64,000 bases of DNA, from assembly GCA_965277715.1 (NCBI GenBank), contig OZ255836.1:3328001-3392000 (forward strand), written 5' to 3'. Each line of letters opens with the position of its first letter. The stretch's first letter is position 1. This document shows positions 19,906 to 28,810 of the stretch, piece after piece. The stretch is from Gammaproteobacteria bacterium. Lineage in GTDB: Bacteria; Pseudomonadota; Gammaproteobacteria; JBCCGL01. Below the pieces are notes generated by a model. The model was given only the letters and a program-made list of their open reading frames with translations. It did not search any database and was not told where the DNA came from. Position numbers and translations under genes: made by a program.

Positions 19906-21596
19906 CCCCTTTCTTTCGGACACCCTGCAATTACAACTCGTCAGCTAACAAGCCTATTTTAGCGGGCGCTTCAAACAAAATATTAATATCAAAATTACAG
20001 ACCATCAATGCACCACACTGACTTTGCCTGATCGGCAAGCCATGTCTGATGATTCTCCAGGTTCGCTATATTCCAGCCGTCGTACTCAGCTATTTTCTGG
20101 TTAATCACAAACGGGCTTTTCGCAAGCATTGCTTTCTTTTGTATAAAAGATTCTTGGGCCATATTATCGCTCTTCGATAAAATCGCCATATTGCCCAGTC
20201 GGTCAATTGCGTCGTTATAATTCTCTTCGCCAAATGCTTCCTGCCAATCATCATTGGGTCGATAGGGCAACACATGCTCTAGTGTTAAGCTGACAGGAGA
20301 TTGGTAACCCTCGGATAATTTCTCTTCTATCCGGCATAATAAAAACACGATTTTTTTACTGCTTTGACGGCTCGGCATAGTTTTTTGCTTAAAAGCATTT
20401 TTAAATTCTTTATCCGATGGATAAATCGATTTAAGAAATTGCTTCACTTCATCAAAAGAAATTTCAGGCAATATGAAAATTTTATTCGCCAGTTTATTAT
20501 AAATGCTCTCTTGTTCACCCGCCGATTTATTGCAAATAATATTATACCGAACAGAAATAACCGTAATCCAACGCAGCAACTTGATGAAATCTTTTACTGA
20601 ATAATTACGATAAGCGACCATAAGCACACTCAATGGTGTTTTAATATTGAAAGTATTTAATAACTCTAGATAAGGTTTGGCCTCAGTGTATTGGCCACCT
20701 TCATATTCAAGCCAAAATCCATCCTGGTGGTTTTGTAAAGCTGCGTAAACTGGTGCATTCTTCTTAATCTCATAGATGTAAGGCATGACTTTATCAAAAG
20801 CATTAATTTTCTTTTTCACAATTCGATATAGATCTTTTTTATACGGCAAAGAATCACTAATACCTATATGGCTTCTCAAAAAATTAGTGAAATCTGTGGC
20901 ACCTAATTGACCCAAAATATCACCCCAATGCCGTTCAAATATTCCAAAATTATTTTCTGTCATTTGAGAACCCGTTGACAGAGTGGATAAAAAATAGTTT
21001 TTTAGCAAATCAGGCGCTGATAAATGCATACCACGTGCATTCAAAGTTTCAAAGACAAGGTAAGCATTTAAGTCATCTTTAACTGTAATTGTAGTGAACA
21101 TTAAACCATCAGTGATATTATTAATTAGCTTCGCCACTTCCTCGCCACTTTTAAAAGCACGCATCTTCTTTTGAAAAAAATCGAACGTTTTATTAAGCTT
21201 TCTATTAGTCCTTGTGATGCCTCTTTTTCTGGGCACACCATACTGATCTAACATATCGATAAAATGCGGGTTATTGTGGCGGTTCAACTCTAATTTTGAA
21301 GAGGTTTGTAATGTTACCGTATCGAGTAAACCGAGATAGGTTTGGTGATAAGTAACCATTCTCTTGTCATTGCGCTCGCTATCTTCACCTTGCTCGATCA
21401 TTTTTTTAAACACGTCGAGTGCCGACAGAATCAACAGCAAAATAGTCGTCAGCCTTTGTTGCCCATCAATGATTTCAAAACGTTTGTTGTCGTCAGATTG
21501 AAAAACCAAATAACCCATAAAATGCTGAATCTGTGCTTCCAGCATTTGCTCAACATCCTGCCAAAACTCTTCCAGTTGAGGTTCTTCCCAAGAGTA
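19906..21596. repeat. Copy 1 of a 1691-bp duplication (5'-truncated GmrSD-like gene)
   Basis: Matches 21909-23599 at offset 2003; bracketed by TGACCCC and GGGGTCAGG. Confidence 0.95.
19995..21596 (-). pseudogene. GmrSD-like DUF262/DUF1524 gene lacking its first ~32 codons
   Basis: VPPFQRD motif lost at the repeat junction. Confidence 0.85.
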
Positions 21597-21601
21597 GCAA
21601 A

Positions 21602-21692
21602 GGGGTCAGGCTTATTATTCACCATACAACGACTAATACGGATAAAAACAGTGATTTCCAGCAAGAAGTATAGGAAATAACTGCATTGACCC
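21602..21692. repeat. Miniature non-coding element with RAYT-type ends
   Basis: GGGGTCAGGCTTATTATT...AAATAACTGCATTGACCC. Confidence 0.7.
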
Positions 21693-21900
21693 GAATGGCA
21701 CTTCCTTAAGACGTAAGCAACTGATAGTAAAGAGTTTATTTATTATTTCTAAGAAAAAAAATGATATTTTGAAAGTTGCCGCCAATGATAACCGGGATAG
21801 TTTTACAAATATTGCTTTCAAGAACCATATGCCAAGTTATCTGAACCAAGCATGTAGTACCAATACTTTCAAATACTTACAGCTTAAGGAAGTGCCATTC
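21693..21900. mobile_element. MITE of IS4 element B (208 bp)
   Basis: TIR GAATGGCACTTCCTTAAG at both ends; inverted copy at 54759-54967. Confidence 0.9.
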
Positions 21901-21997
21901 TTGCCTGCCCCCTTTCTTTCGGACACCCTGCAATTACAACTCGTCAGCTAACAAGCCTATTTTAGCGGGCGCTTCAAACAAAATATTAATATCGAAA

Positions 21998-23695
21998 TTA
22001 CAGACCATCAATGCACCACACTGACTTTGCCTGATCGGCAAGCCATGTCTGATGATTCTCCAGGTTCGCTATATTCCAGTCGTCGTACTCAGCTATTTTC
22101 TGGTTAATCACAAACGGGCTTTTCGCAAGCATTGCTTTCTTTTGTATAAAAGATTCTTGGGCCATATTATCGCTCTTCGATAAAATCGCCATATTGCCCA
22201 GTCGGTCAATTGCGTCGCTATAATTCTCTTCGCCAAATGCTTCCTGCCAATCATCATTGGGTAGATAGGGCAACACATGCTCTAGTGTTAAGCTGACAGG
22301 AGATTGGTAACCCTCGGATAATTTCTCTTCTATCCGGCATAATAAAAACACGATTTTTTTACTACTTTGACGGCTCGGCATAGTTTTTTGCTTAAAAGCA
22401 TTTTTAAATTCTTTATCCGATGGATAAATCGATTTAAGAAATTGCTTCACTTCATCAAAAGAAATTTTAGGCAATATGAAAATTTTATTCGCCAGTTTAT
22501 TATAAATGCTCTCTTGTTCACCCGCCGATTTATTGCAAATAATATTATACCGAACAGAAATAACCGTAATCCAACGCAGCAACTTGATGAAATCTTTTAC
22601 TGAATAATTATGATAAGCGACCATAAGCACACTCAATGGTGTTTTAATATTGAAAGTATTTAATAACTCTAGATAAGGTTTGGCCTCAGTGTATTGGCCG
22701 CATTCATATTCAAGCCAAAATCTATCCTGGTGGTTTTGTAAAGCTGCGTAAACTGGTGCATTCTTCTTAATCTCATAGATGTAAGGCATGACTTTATCAA
22801 AAGCATTAATTTTCTTTTTCACAATTCGATATAGATCTTTTTTATACGGCAAAGAATCACTAGTACCTATATGGCTTCTCAAAAAATTAGTGAAATCTGT
22901 GGCACCTAATTGACCCAAAATATCACCCCAATGCCGTTCAAATATTTCAAAATCATTTTCTGTCATTTGAGAACCCGTTGACAGAGTGGATAAAAAATAG
23001 TTTTTTAGCAAATCAGGCGCTGATAAATGCATACCACGTGCATTCAAAGTTTCAAAGACAAGGTAAGCATTTAAGTCATCTTTAACTGTAATTGTAGTGA
23101 ACATTAAACCATCAGTGATATTATTAATTAGCTTCGCCACTTCCTCGCCACTTTTAAAAGCACGCATCTTCTTTTGAAAAAAATCGAACGTTTTATTAAG
23201 CTTTCTATTAGTCCTTGTGATGCCTCTTTTTCTGGGCACACGATACTGATATAACATATCGGCAAAATGCGGGTTATTGTGGCGGTTCAACTCTAATTTT
23301 GAAGAGGTTTGTAATGTTACCGTATCAAGTAAACCGAGATAGGTTTGGTGATAAGTAACCATTCTCTTTTCATTGCGCTCGCTATCTTCACCTTGCTTGA
23401 TCATTTTTTTAAACACGTCGAGTGCCGACAGAATCAACAGCAAAATAGTCGTCAGCCTTTGTTGCCCATCAATGATTTCAAAACGTTTGTTGTCGTCAGA
23501 TTGAAAAACCAAATAACCCATAAAATGCTGAATCTGTGCTTCCAGCATTTGCTCAACATCCTGCCAAAACTCTTCCAGTTGAGGTTCTTCCCAAGAGTAA
23601 TCTCGTTGAAAAGGCGGCACTCGATAACTTTTACCGTTGCTCATCACCTCGGCAAATGTTTTATTTTCTGGTTCTAAATAAATTTTTTTGAACAT
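21998..23695 (-). CDS. GmrSD-like DUF262 + DUF1524 (HNH) protein, putative type IV restriction
   Basis: VPPFQRDYSW, IIDGQQRLTT, FETLNARG, LEHVLP...RLGNMAIL...N. Confidence 0.9.
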   Translation of the reverse strand: MFKKIYLEPENKTFAEVMSNGKSYRVPPFQRDYSWEEPQLEEFWQDVEQMLEAQIQHFMGYLVFQSDDNKRFEIIDGQQRLTTILLLILSALDVFKKMIKQGEDSERNEKRMVTYHQTYLGLLDTVTLQTSSKLELNRHNNPHFADMLYQYRVPRKRGITRTNRKLNKTFDFFQKKMRAFKSGEEVAKLINNITDGLMFTTITVKDDLNAYLVFETLNARGMHLSAPDLLKNYFLSTLSTGSQMTENDFEIFERHWGDILGQLGATDFTNFLRSHIGTSDSLPYKKDLYRIVKKKINAFDKVMPYIYEIKKNAPVYAALQNHQDRFWLEYECGQYTEAKPYLELLNTFNIKTPLSVLMVAYHNYSVKDFIKLLRWITVISVRYNIICNKSAGEQESIYNKLANKIFILPKISFDEVKQFLKSIYPSDKEFKNAFKQKTMPSRQSSKKIVFLLCRIEEKLSEGYQSPVSLTLEHVLPYLPNDDWQEAFGEENYSDAIDRLGNMAILSKSDNMAQESFIQKKAMLAKSPFVINQKIAEYDDWNIANLENHQTWLADQAKSVWCIDGL

Positions 23696-23915
23696 AACTT
23701 CAGATTATATGCAAGATGCAGAAAGAAAAACAGTTGATCAATATAGCCACTGCACGCCTATCGTATAAGCTGATTATCAGGCATAGAATGCCATGCATCC
23801 GCTAGAGCCTGCTGATGTTTCACGCTAAGCTATTGAATTTATTGGTTTTTATGCAAATTATTATTTTAGAAATTTTATTATAAATCAACAAGTTACGACC
23901 AAACGCCAACAAGCC

Positions 23916-24578
23916 TTAGCGTTTATGCGCCAAAGTAAAGCCATCACCTATCGGCACAAGGCAAGCGTTCACGCGGGCATCTTCGAATACTTTCTGGTTG
24001 AAAGCACGAATCGCAATCGTATCTGGCTCCTGATTACTTTCATCTACGACCGAACCACCCCACAATGTATTATCGATGCCTATCGCGCCACCAGGACGTA
24101 GCAACGCCAAACAACACTCGTAGTAATCGGCATAGCGTTCTTTGTCTGCATCGATAAAAGCAAAATCAAATTTCCCGGCTTGTCCATCTGCAAGCAATGC
24201 ATCAAGGGTTTCGAGGGCCGGTGCAATCTTGAGATCGATTTTGTGCGCAACACCCGCCTCGGCCCAGTAACGCTCGCCGACTGTCGTCCACTCGTGGCTG
24301 ATATCACACGCGATCAATCGCCCCTCATCGGGCAGTGCTCTTGCCATGCAAAGCGCGCTGTAACCGGTAAAAGTGCCCACTTCAATAATTTTCTTCACAC
24401 CCAACAAAGGCATCAATACAGACATAAACTGCCCTTGTTCGGGTGAGATTTGCATATTAAAACCGGCTACTTCAATCGTCTCCTTTTGAAGCCGTTCCCA
24501 AAGAGGATCCGATGGGACTGAGACGGATAGCATGTAGTCATAAAGTTGATCTGAAATATCAATGGTTCGAGTAGACAA
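23916..24578 (-). CDS. Class I SAM-dependent O-methyltransferase (CCoAOMT-like)
   Basis: MQISPEQGQF, EVGTFTGYS, FIDADK, DNTLWGG; TTG start after GAGG. Confidence 0.9.
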   Translation of the reverse strand: MSTRTIDISDQLYDYMLSVSVPSDPLWERLQKETIEVAGFNMQISPEQGQFMSVLMPLLGVKKIIEVGTFTGYSALCMARALPDEGRLIACDISHEWTTVGERYWAEAGVAHKIDLKIAPALETLDALLADGQAGKFDFAFIDADKERYADYYECCLALLRPGGAIGIDNTLWGGSVVDESNQEPDTIAIRAFNQKVFEDARVNACLVPIGDGFTLAHKR

Positions 24579-24692
24579 AGCAATTTCCTCAGCGAAAACA
24601 AAAAGACACGATGGGGGTATTATTGTGATGATTGCAATCACTTAAACGCCATACTATGTACACCACTGTACGCATAAAACTATAGTGGTGAC

Positions 24693-24937
24693 ATACAAAA
24701 ATCATACAATTACGACGCTGAAAAAAACCCACCAACCTCAACATAAATAGTGATTTACTAAATAAAACCAAAGCACTCAGTATTAATCTCTCTGCAATAT
24801 TGGAGCAGACACTTAGAGAAAAACTTGCCGAGAAAAAAACGGACCAATGGCAAAAGAAAAATAAAAACGCTATTCGCGCTTACAATCGCTTTGTTGAAGA
24901 GAACGGGCTCTTTGCTGATGATTACAAGTCATTTTAA
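24693..24937 (+). pseudogene. ccdA: CcdA-family antitoxin, degraded
   Basis: PTNLNINSDLLNKTKALSINLSAILE...W...NKNAIRAYNRFVEENGLFADDYKSF*; no ATG, apparent frameshift in the A7 run. Confidence 0.75.
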
Positions 24938-25020
24938 TGACTCAATTTTCTCTTTATACAAATCCGAATAAAAACACTAAAAAAGCCTACCCATACATTA
25001 TGGACATTCAAAATAGTTTA
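24937..25020 (+). pseudogene. ccdB: CcdB-family toxin N-terminal fragment
   Basis: MTQFSLYTNPNKNTKKAYPYIMDIQNSL overlapping the ccdA stop (TAATG). Confidence 0.7.
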
Positions 25021-25203
25021 AAAAGAAGGACAGGCATTATCATAGAATACAAAAACAATCTAAAAATGAAAAATAATATTTTATGGGGGTCAAGAAACAT
25101 TTGATTTTAGGTCAAGTATCATTTCATATGCTTAATGGTTTTTGCGGATGCTCTGTTACCCCAATTTTTTCTTCTGGAAGAGAGCGGGGTTTAGGCCAGA
25201 TTG

Positions 25204-25328
25204 GTAGGGTGCAATAACCAATTCTTCAATTGATAGACCATCAGTTTTATTTGAAAAAAGGGATAGTGATCGGGTTTGTGTGGTTTTTAAGAATTGTGGC
25301 GCAATGCCCGTTGGTTATTGCGCCCTAC
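25204..25328. repeat. Inverted pair of GTAG-type REP-like sequences
   Basis: GTAGGGTGCAATAACCAA ... TTGGTTATTGCGCCCTAC (17/18). Confidence 0.7.
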
Positions 25329-25462
25329 GGTTTAAAGAATCCATATATGCGCTTGGTTCTTTCTTATTGTATTTACATCATCTTAAATGATGCAAAATAA
25401 ATATTGCACATAGGAAGCCTTGTACTACTGTTAATAACATTATTCTAAATATTGTTAAAAAA

Positions 25463-26059
25463 ATGATAACAACACTCGCCGACTGTACCACTATTCAATC
25501 CGGGCATCCATTTCGTGGGGCTATTGCTGAAAAGCCAGGCAGTGGTATCCGGGCTATTCAAATTAAGGATGCCTCTGGCGACGGTGGTATTCAGTGGTCG
25601 CAGTTGGTCGAGACGGAAGCCGTCACGCAAAAGCCACCTGTGGGTCTGCAAAAAAACGATATATTGTTCGCCGCCCGCAATAGCCGCCACTATGCGGTGC
25701 TGGTCGATCAATCTGGCGCGCTTACGCTTTGCTCACCGCACTTTTATGTGCTGACGATCAAGTGCCCTCAGTTGCTGCCCGCGTTTCTCGTTTGGCAGCT
25801 CAACCAACCTGAGTTGCAGCGTTATTTTAAGCAGCAGGCCGAAGGCAGCACAACGAAAAGTATCAGTTGCCCCAATTTGGGCAAAGCCCGCATTAGCTTG
25901 CCCCCGTTGGCTATCCAGCAAAAAATTGTGCAGTTGCACGCTAATCTGCAACAGCAAAAGCGTGTCTATCAGCAACTGATTCTCAACACCGACAAATTCA
26001 TGCATAGTATCGGTTCGGCCATCCTCGGTCAGGATCATCCCTCTTCGGAAAATGTATGA
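25463..26059 (+). CDS. Single-TRD HsdS-like protein
   Basis: IQSGHPFRG, LQKNDILFAAR, LPPLAIQQKIV; overlaps the hsdM start. Confidence 0.8.
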   Translation: MITTLADCTTIQSGHPFRGAIAEKPGSGIRAIQIKDASGDGGIQWSQLVETEAVTQKPPVGLQKNDILFAARNSRHYAVLVDQSGALTLCSPHFYVLTIKCPQLLPAFLVWQLNQPELQRYFKQQAEGSTTKSISCPNLGKARISLPPLAIQQKIVQLHANLQQQKRVYQQLILNTDKFMHSIGSAILGQDHPSSENV

Positions 26060-27591
26060 ATAGCAGTATTAACCAAGACAGTATTAACAGCGCCCTGTGG
26101 AGTGTGTGTGATGTATTCCGTGGCACTGTCAGCCCGGATACGTATAAAGATTTCATCCTCACTATGTTGTTTTTAAAGTACGTCTCTGACGTGTGGCAGG
26201 ATCACTACGATACCTTCCAGGCAACCTATAGTGATGCTGATCTGATCACCGAAATGCTAAAAAATGAACGCTTTGTGCTGCCTGAGACGGCCAATTTTTA
26301 CTATTTGTATGCACATCGCCACACGCCGGGCAATGGCGAGCGTATCGATACTGCGCTGTATACGCTGGAGGAAGCCAACGGTAGCAAGCTTAACGATGGC
26401 AATAAATCGGTCTTTCAGGATATCAGTTTCAACACTGACCGCCTCGGCGAGGTGAAGCAAAAAAATACCATGCTGCGCGAGATGCTGGAGATCTTCGCCA
26501 AACCCACGCTCAACCTGCGCCCTAGCCGCGTGGGCAATATCGACGTGATCGGCAACGCCTATGAGTACCTGATTAAGCAATTTGCCTCCACCAGCGGTAA
26601 AAGCGCGGGGGAGTTTTACACTCCGCCGGAGGTCTCCGACCTGATGGCCGAGCTGCTCGACCCACAAGTGGGGGATCGCATCTGTGACCCGGCGTGTGGC
26701 TCGGCCTCACTGCTGATGAAATGCGGGCGCAAGATCCGCGAGCGCCACGACAGCAGGCACTATGAGCTGTACGGTCAGGAAGCGATTGGCGCTACCTGGT
26801 CACTGGCGAAGATGAATATGTTTCTACACGGTGAAGACAACCACCGCATCGAGTGGGGGGATACCATCCGCAACCCGAAATTGCTGGATGCCGAAGGCGG
26901 GCTGATGCGATTTGATATTGTCACCGCCAACCCACCGTTTAGCCTGGATAGGTGGGGTTATGACGATGTGGGCAAAGACCCCTACGAACGCTTTGCCCGT
27001 GGTATGCCGCCGAAAACCAAGGGCGACTACGCTTTTATACTGCATATGCTGAAAACCCTGGGGATGCCGTCCCCCGATAAACACCCGGCGCGGATGGGCG
27101 TAGTGGTGCCGCACGGCGTGTTGTTTCGTGGCAGTAGCGAGGCAAAGATTCGTAGCCAGTTGATCGATGAAAACTTGCTCGATTGTGTGATTGGCCTACC
27201 CGAAAAGCTGTTTTTTGGCACCGGCATCCCGGCGGCTATTTTACTGTTTAAACGCGAAAAGTTGGACAGCAGCGTGCTCTTTATTGATGCCAGCCACGCC
27301 TTTAAATCGATCAAAAACCAGAATCAGTTATTACCCGAACATATCGATAAAATTATTAACACCTACCGTGCGCGTAAAAGCGTGGATAAATACGCCTACC
27401 TGGCAAGCCCTGCAGAGATTCAGGAAAACGACTACAACCTGAATATACCGCGCTATGTGGATACCTTTGAGGAGGAGGAAGAGATTGATTTAATGGCGGT
27501 GCGTAAGGAACAGCAAAGCTTGCAGGTAGAGCTAAATAGGCTTGAAGAGGAGATGGCGGGGTATTTGAAGGAGTTAGGGTATGGGGATTAA
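26056..27591 (+). CDS. hsdM: Type I R-M methyltransferase subunit
   Basis: GEFYTP, DPACGS, NPPF, YNLNIPRYV. Confidence 0.95.
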   Translation: MNSSINQDSINSALWSVCDVFRGTVSPDTYKDFILTMLFLKYVSDVWQDHYDTFQATYSDADLITEMLKNERFVLPETANFYYLYAHRHTPGNGERIDTALYTLEEANGSKLNDGNKSVFQDISFNTDRLGEVKQKNTMLREMLEIFAKPTLNLRPSRVGNIDVIGNAYEYLIKQFASTSGKSAGEFYTPPEVSDLMAELLDPQVGDRICDPACGSASLLMKCGRKIRERHDSRHYELYGQEAIGATWSLAKMNMFLHGEDNHRIEWGDTIRNPKLLDAEGGLMRFDIVTANPPFSLDRWGYDDVGKDPYERFARGMPPKTKGDYAFILHMLKTLGMPSPDKHPARMGVVVPHGVLFRGSSEAKIRSQLIDENLLDCVIGLPEKLFFGTGIPAAILLFKREKLDSSVLFIDASHAFKSIKNQNQLLPEHIDKIINTYRARKSVDKYAYLASPAEIQENDYNLNIPRYVDTFEEEEEIDLMAVRKEQQSLQVELNRLEEEMAGYLKELGYGD

Positions 27592-28810
27592 CAGGGTGAG
27601 ACCAAGAAACACTTGTAAGAGAAATGTATTGGGGGAGTGGAAAATCACGAATATAGGAAAAATAACAGAAACAGTTACAAGTGGCTCGCGTGATTGGGCA
27701 AAATACTATTCATCTCAAGGCAGTAAATTCATACGAATGACCAACTTAAATAGAAATGGTATTAAGTTATTGCTACATGATTTAAAGTATGTTGACGTTC
27801 AGGGCAATTCATCTGACGGAAAACGCACATCCTTAAAAGCAGGTGATGTTCTTATATCAATTACTGCGGAATTAGGAAAAATTGGCTATGTGCCAGACTC
27901 ATTGGGAGAGGCGTATATCAATCAACATATTGCATTGCTAAGATTTCAAAAAAGTAAAGCTATATCGCGCTATATTGCTTATTTATTATCATCTAAACGA
28001 GTCAACTATTTAATTAATACATTGAATGACTCTGGTGTTAAAGCCGGTTTAAATTTAACCACTATTAAAAGTATTAATATTTATTTGCCTCCTGTAATAG
28101 AACAACAAAAAATCGCAAAAATACTCACCACCTGGGACCAGGCAATTACTACCACTGAGCATTTGATCGCCAATAGTCAAAAACAGAAAAAAGCGTTGAT
28201 GCGGCAGTTATTATTAGGGGGAAGGCGCTTTCCCAATTCTAAAGAAAAATGGCAAAAACATAAACTCAAGAAAATTGCAGATATAAAAAAAGGGAAATCA
28301 CTTAGTAGAAAAAGAATTGAAGTTGGCATATATGCTGTAATAGCAGGTGGAAAAACTAGTCCATATGCTCATTCACAGTATACAGATGAAAATGTAATCA
28401 CTATTAGCGCCAGTGGCGCGTATGCAGGGTATGTTGCATACCATAATTACAAAATATGGGCTTCAGATTGCTCAGTAGCAAAAGCAAAAGAAGGCTCTTG
28501 TACAAAATTTATTTATTATTTTCTAAAAATGATACAAAAAAACATATACTTTATGCAAAGCAGAGGTGTTCAACCACACGTTTACCCAAAGGATTTGCAT
28601 GCAATTGAATTGAAAGTACCAAGCTTAAAAGAACAACAAAAAATCGCATCAGTGCTAACCTGCACTGACAAAAAAATCGAAACGCTGCAACAGAAGCTAG
28701 ATTACTTAAAACAACAAAAACAATCCCTAATGCAACAATTGCTCACTGGTAAACGCCGGGTGCAAATTGACCCTTCTGGCAGCTATCAGCAACAGGTTGC
28801 CTGCGACTAA
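27581..28810 (+). CDS. hsdS: Type I R-M specificity subunit
   Basis: Two TRDs, PPVIEQQKIA and PSLKEQQKIA conserved regions, LMQQLLTGK. Confidence 0.93.
   Translation: MGINRVRPRNTCKRNVLGEWKITNIGKITETVTSGSRDWAKYYSSQGSKFIRMTNLNRNGIKLLLHDLKYVDVQGNSSDGKRTSLKAGDVLISITAELGKIGYVPDSLGEAYINQHIALLRFQKSKAISRYIAYLLSSKRVNYLINTLNDSGVKAGLNLTTIKSINIYLPPVIEQQKIAKILTTWDQAITTTEHLIANSQKQKKALMRQLLLGGRRFPNSKEKWQKHKLKKIADIKKGKSLSRKRIEVGIYAVIAGGKTSPYAHSQYTDENVITISASGAYAGYVAYHNYKIWASDCSVAKAKEGSCTKFIYYFLKMIQKNIYFMQSRGVQPHVYPKDLHAIELKVPSLKEQQKIASVLTCTDKKIETLQQKLDYLKQQKQSLMQQLLTGKRRVQIDPSGSYQQQVACD

Noticed and set aside
21769-21951. Small ORFs MKVAANDN... (also 54693-54890)
   Set aside because: Chance frames inside the MITE that run out through its TIR
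19906-23599. GmrSD duplicate as a DGR template/variable pair
   Set aside because: No reverse transcriptase in the window; differences are spread over 1.7 kb and are not adenine-specific
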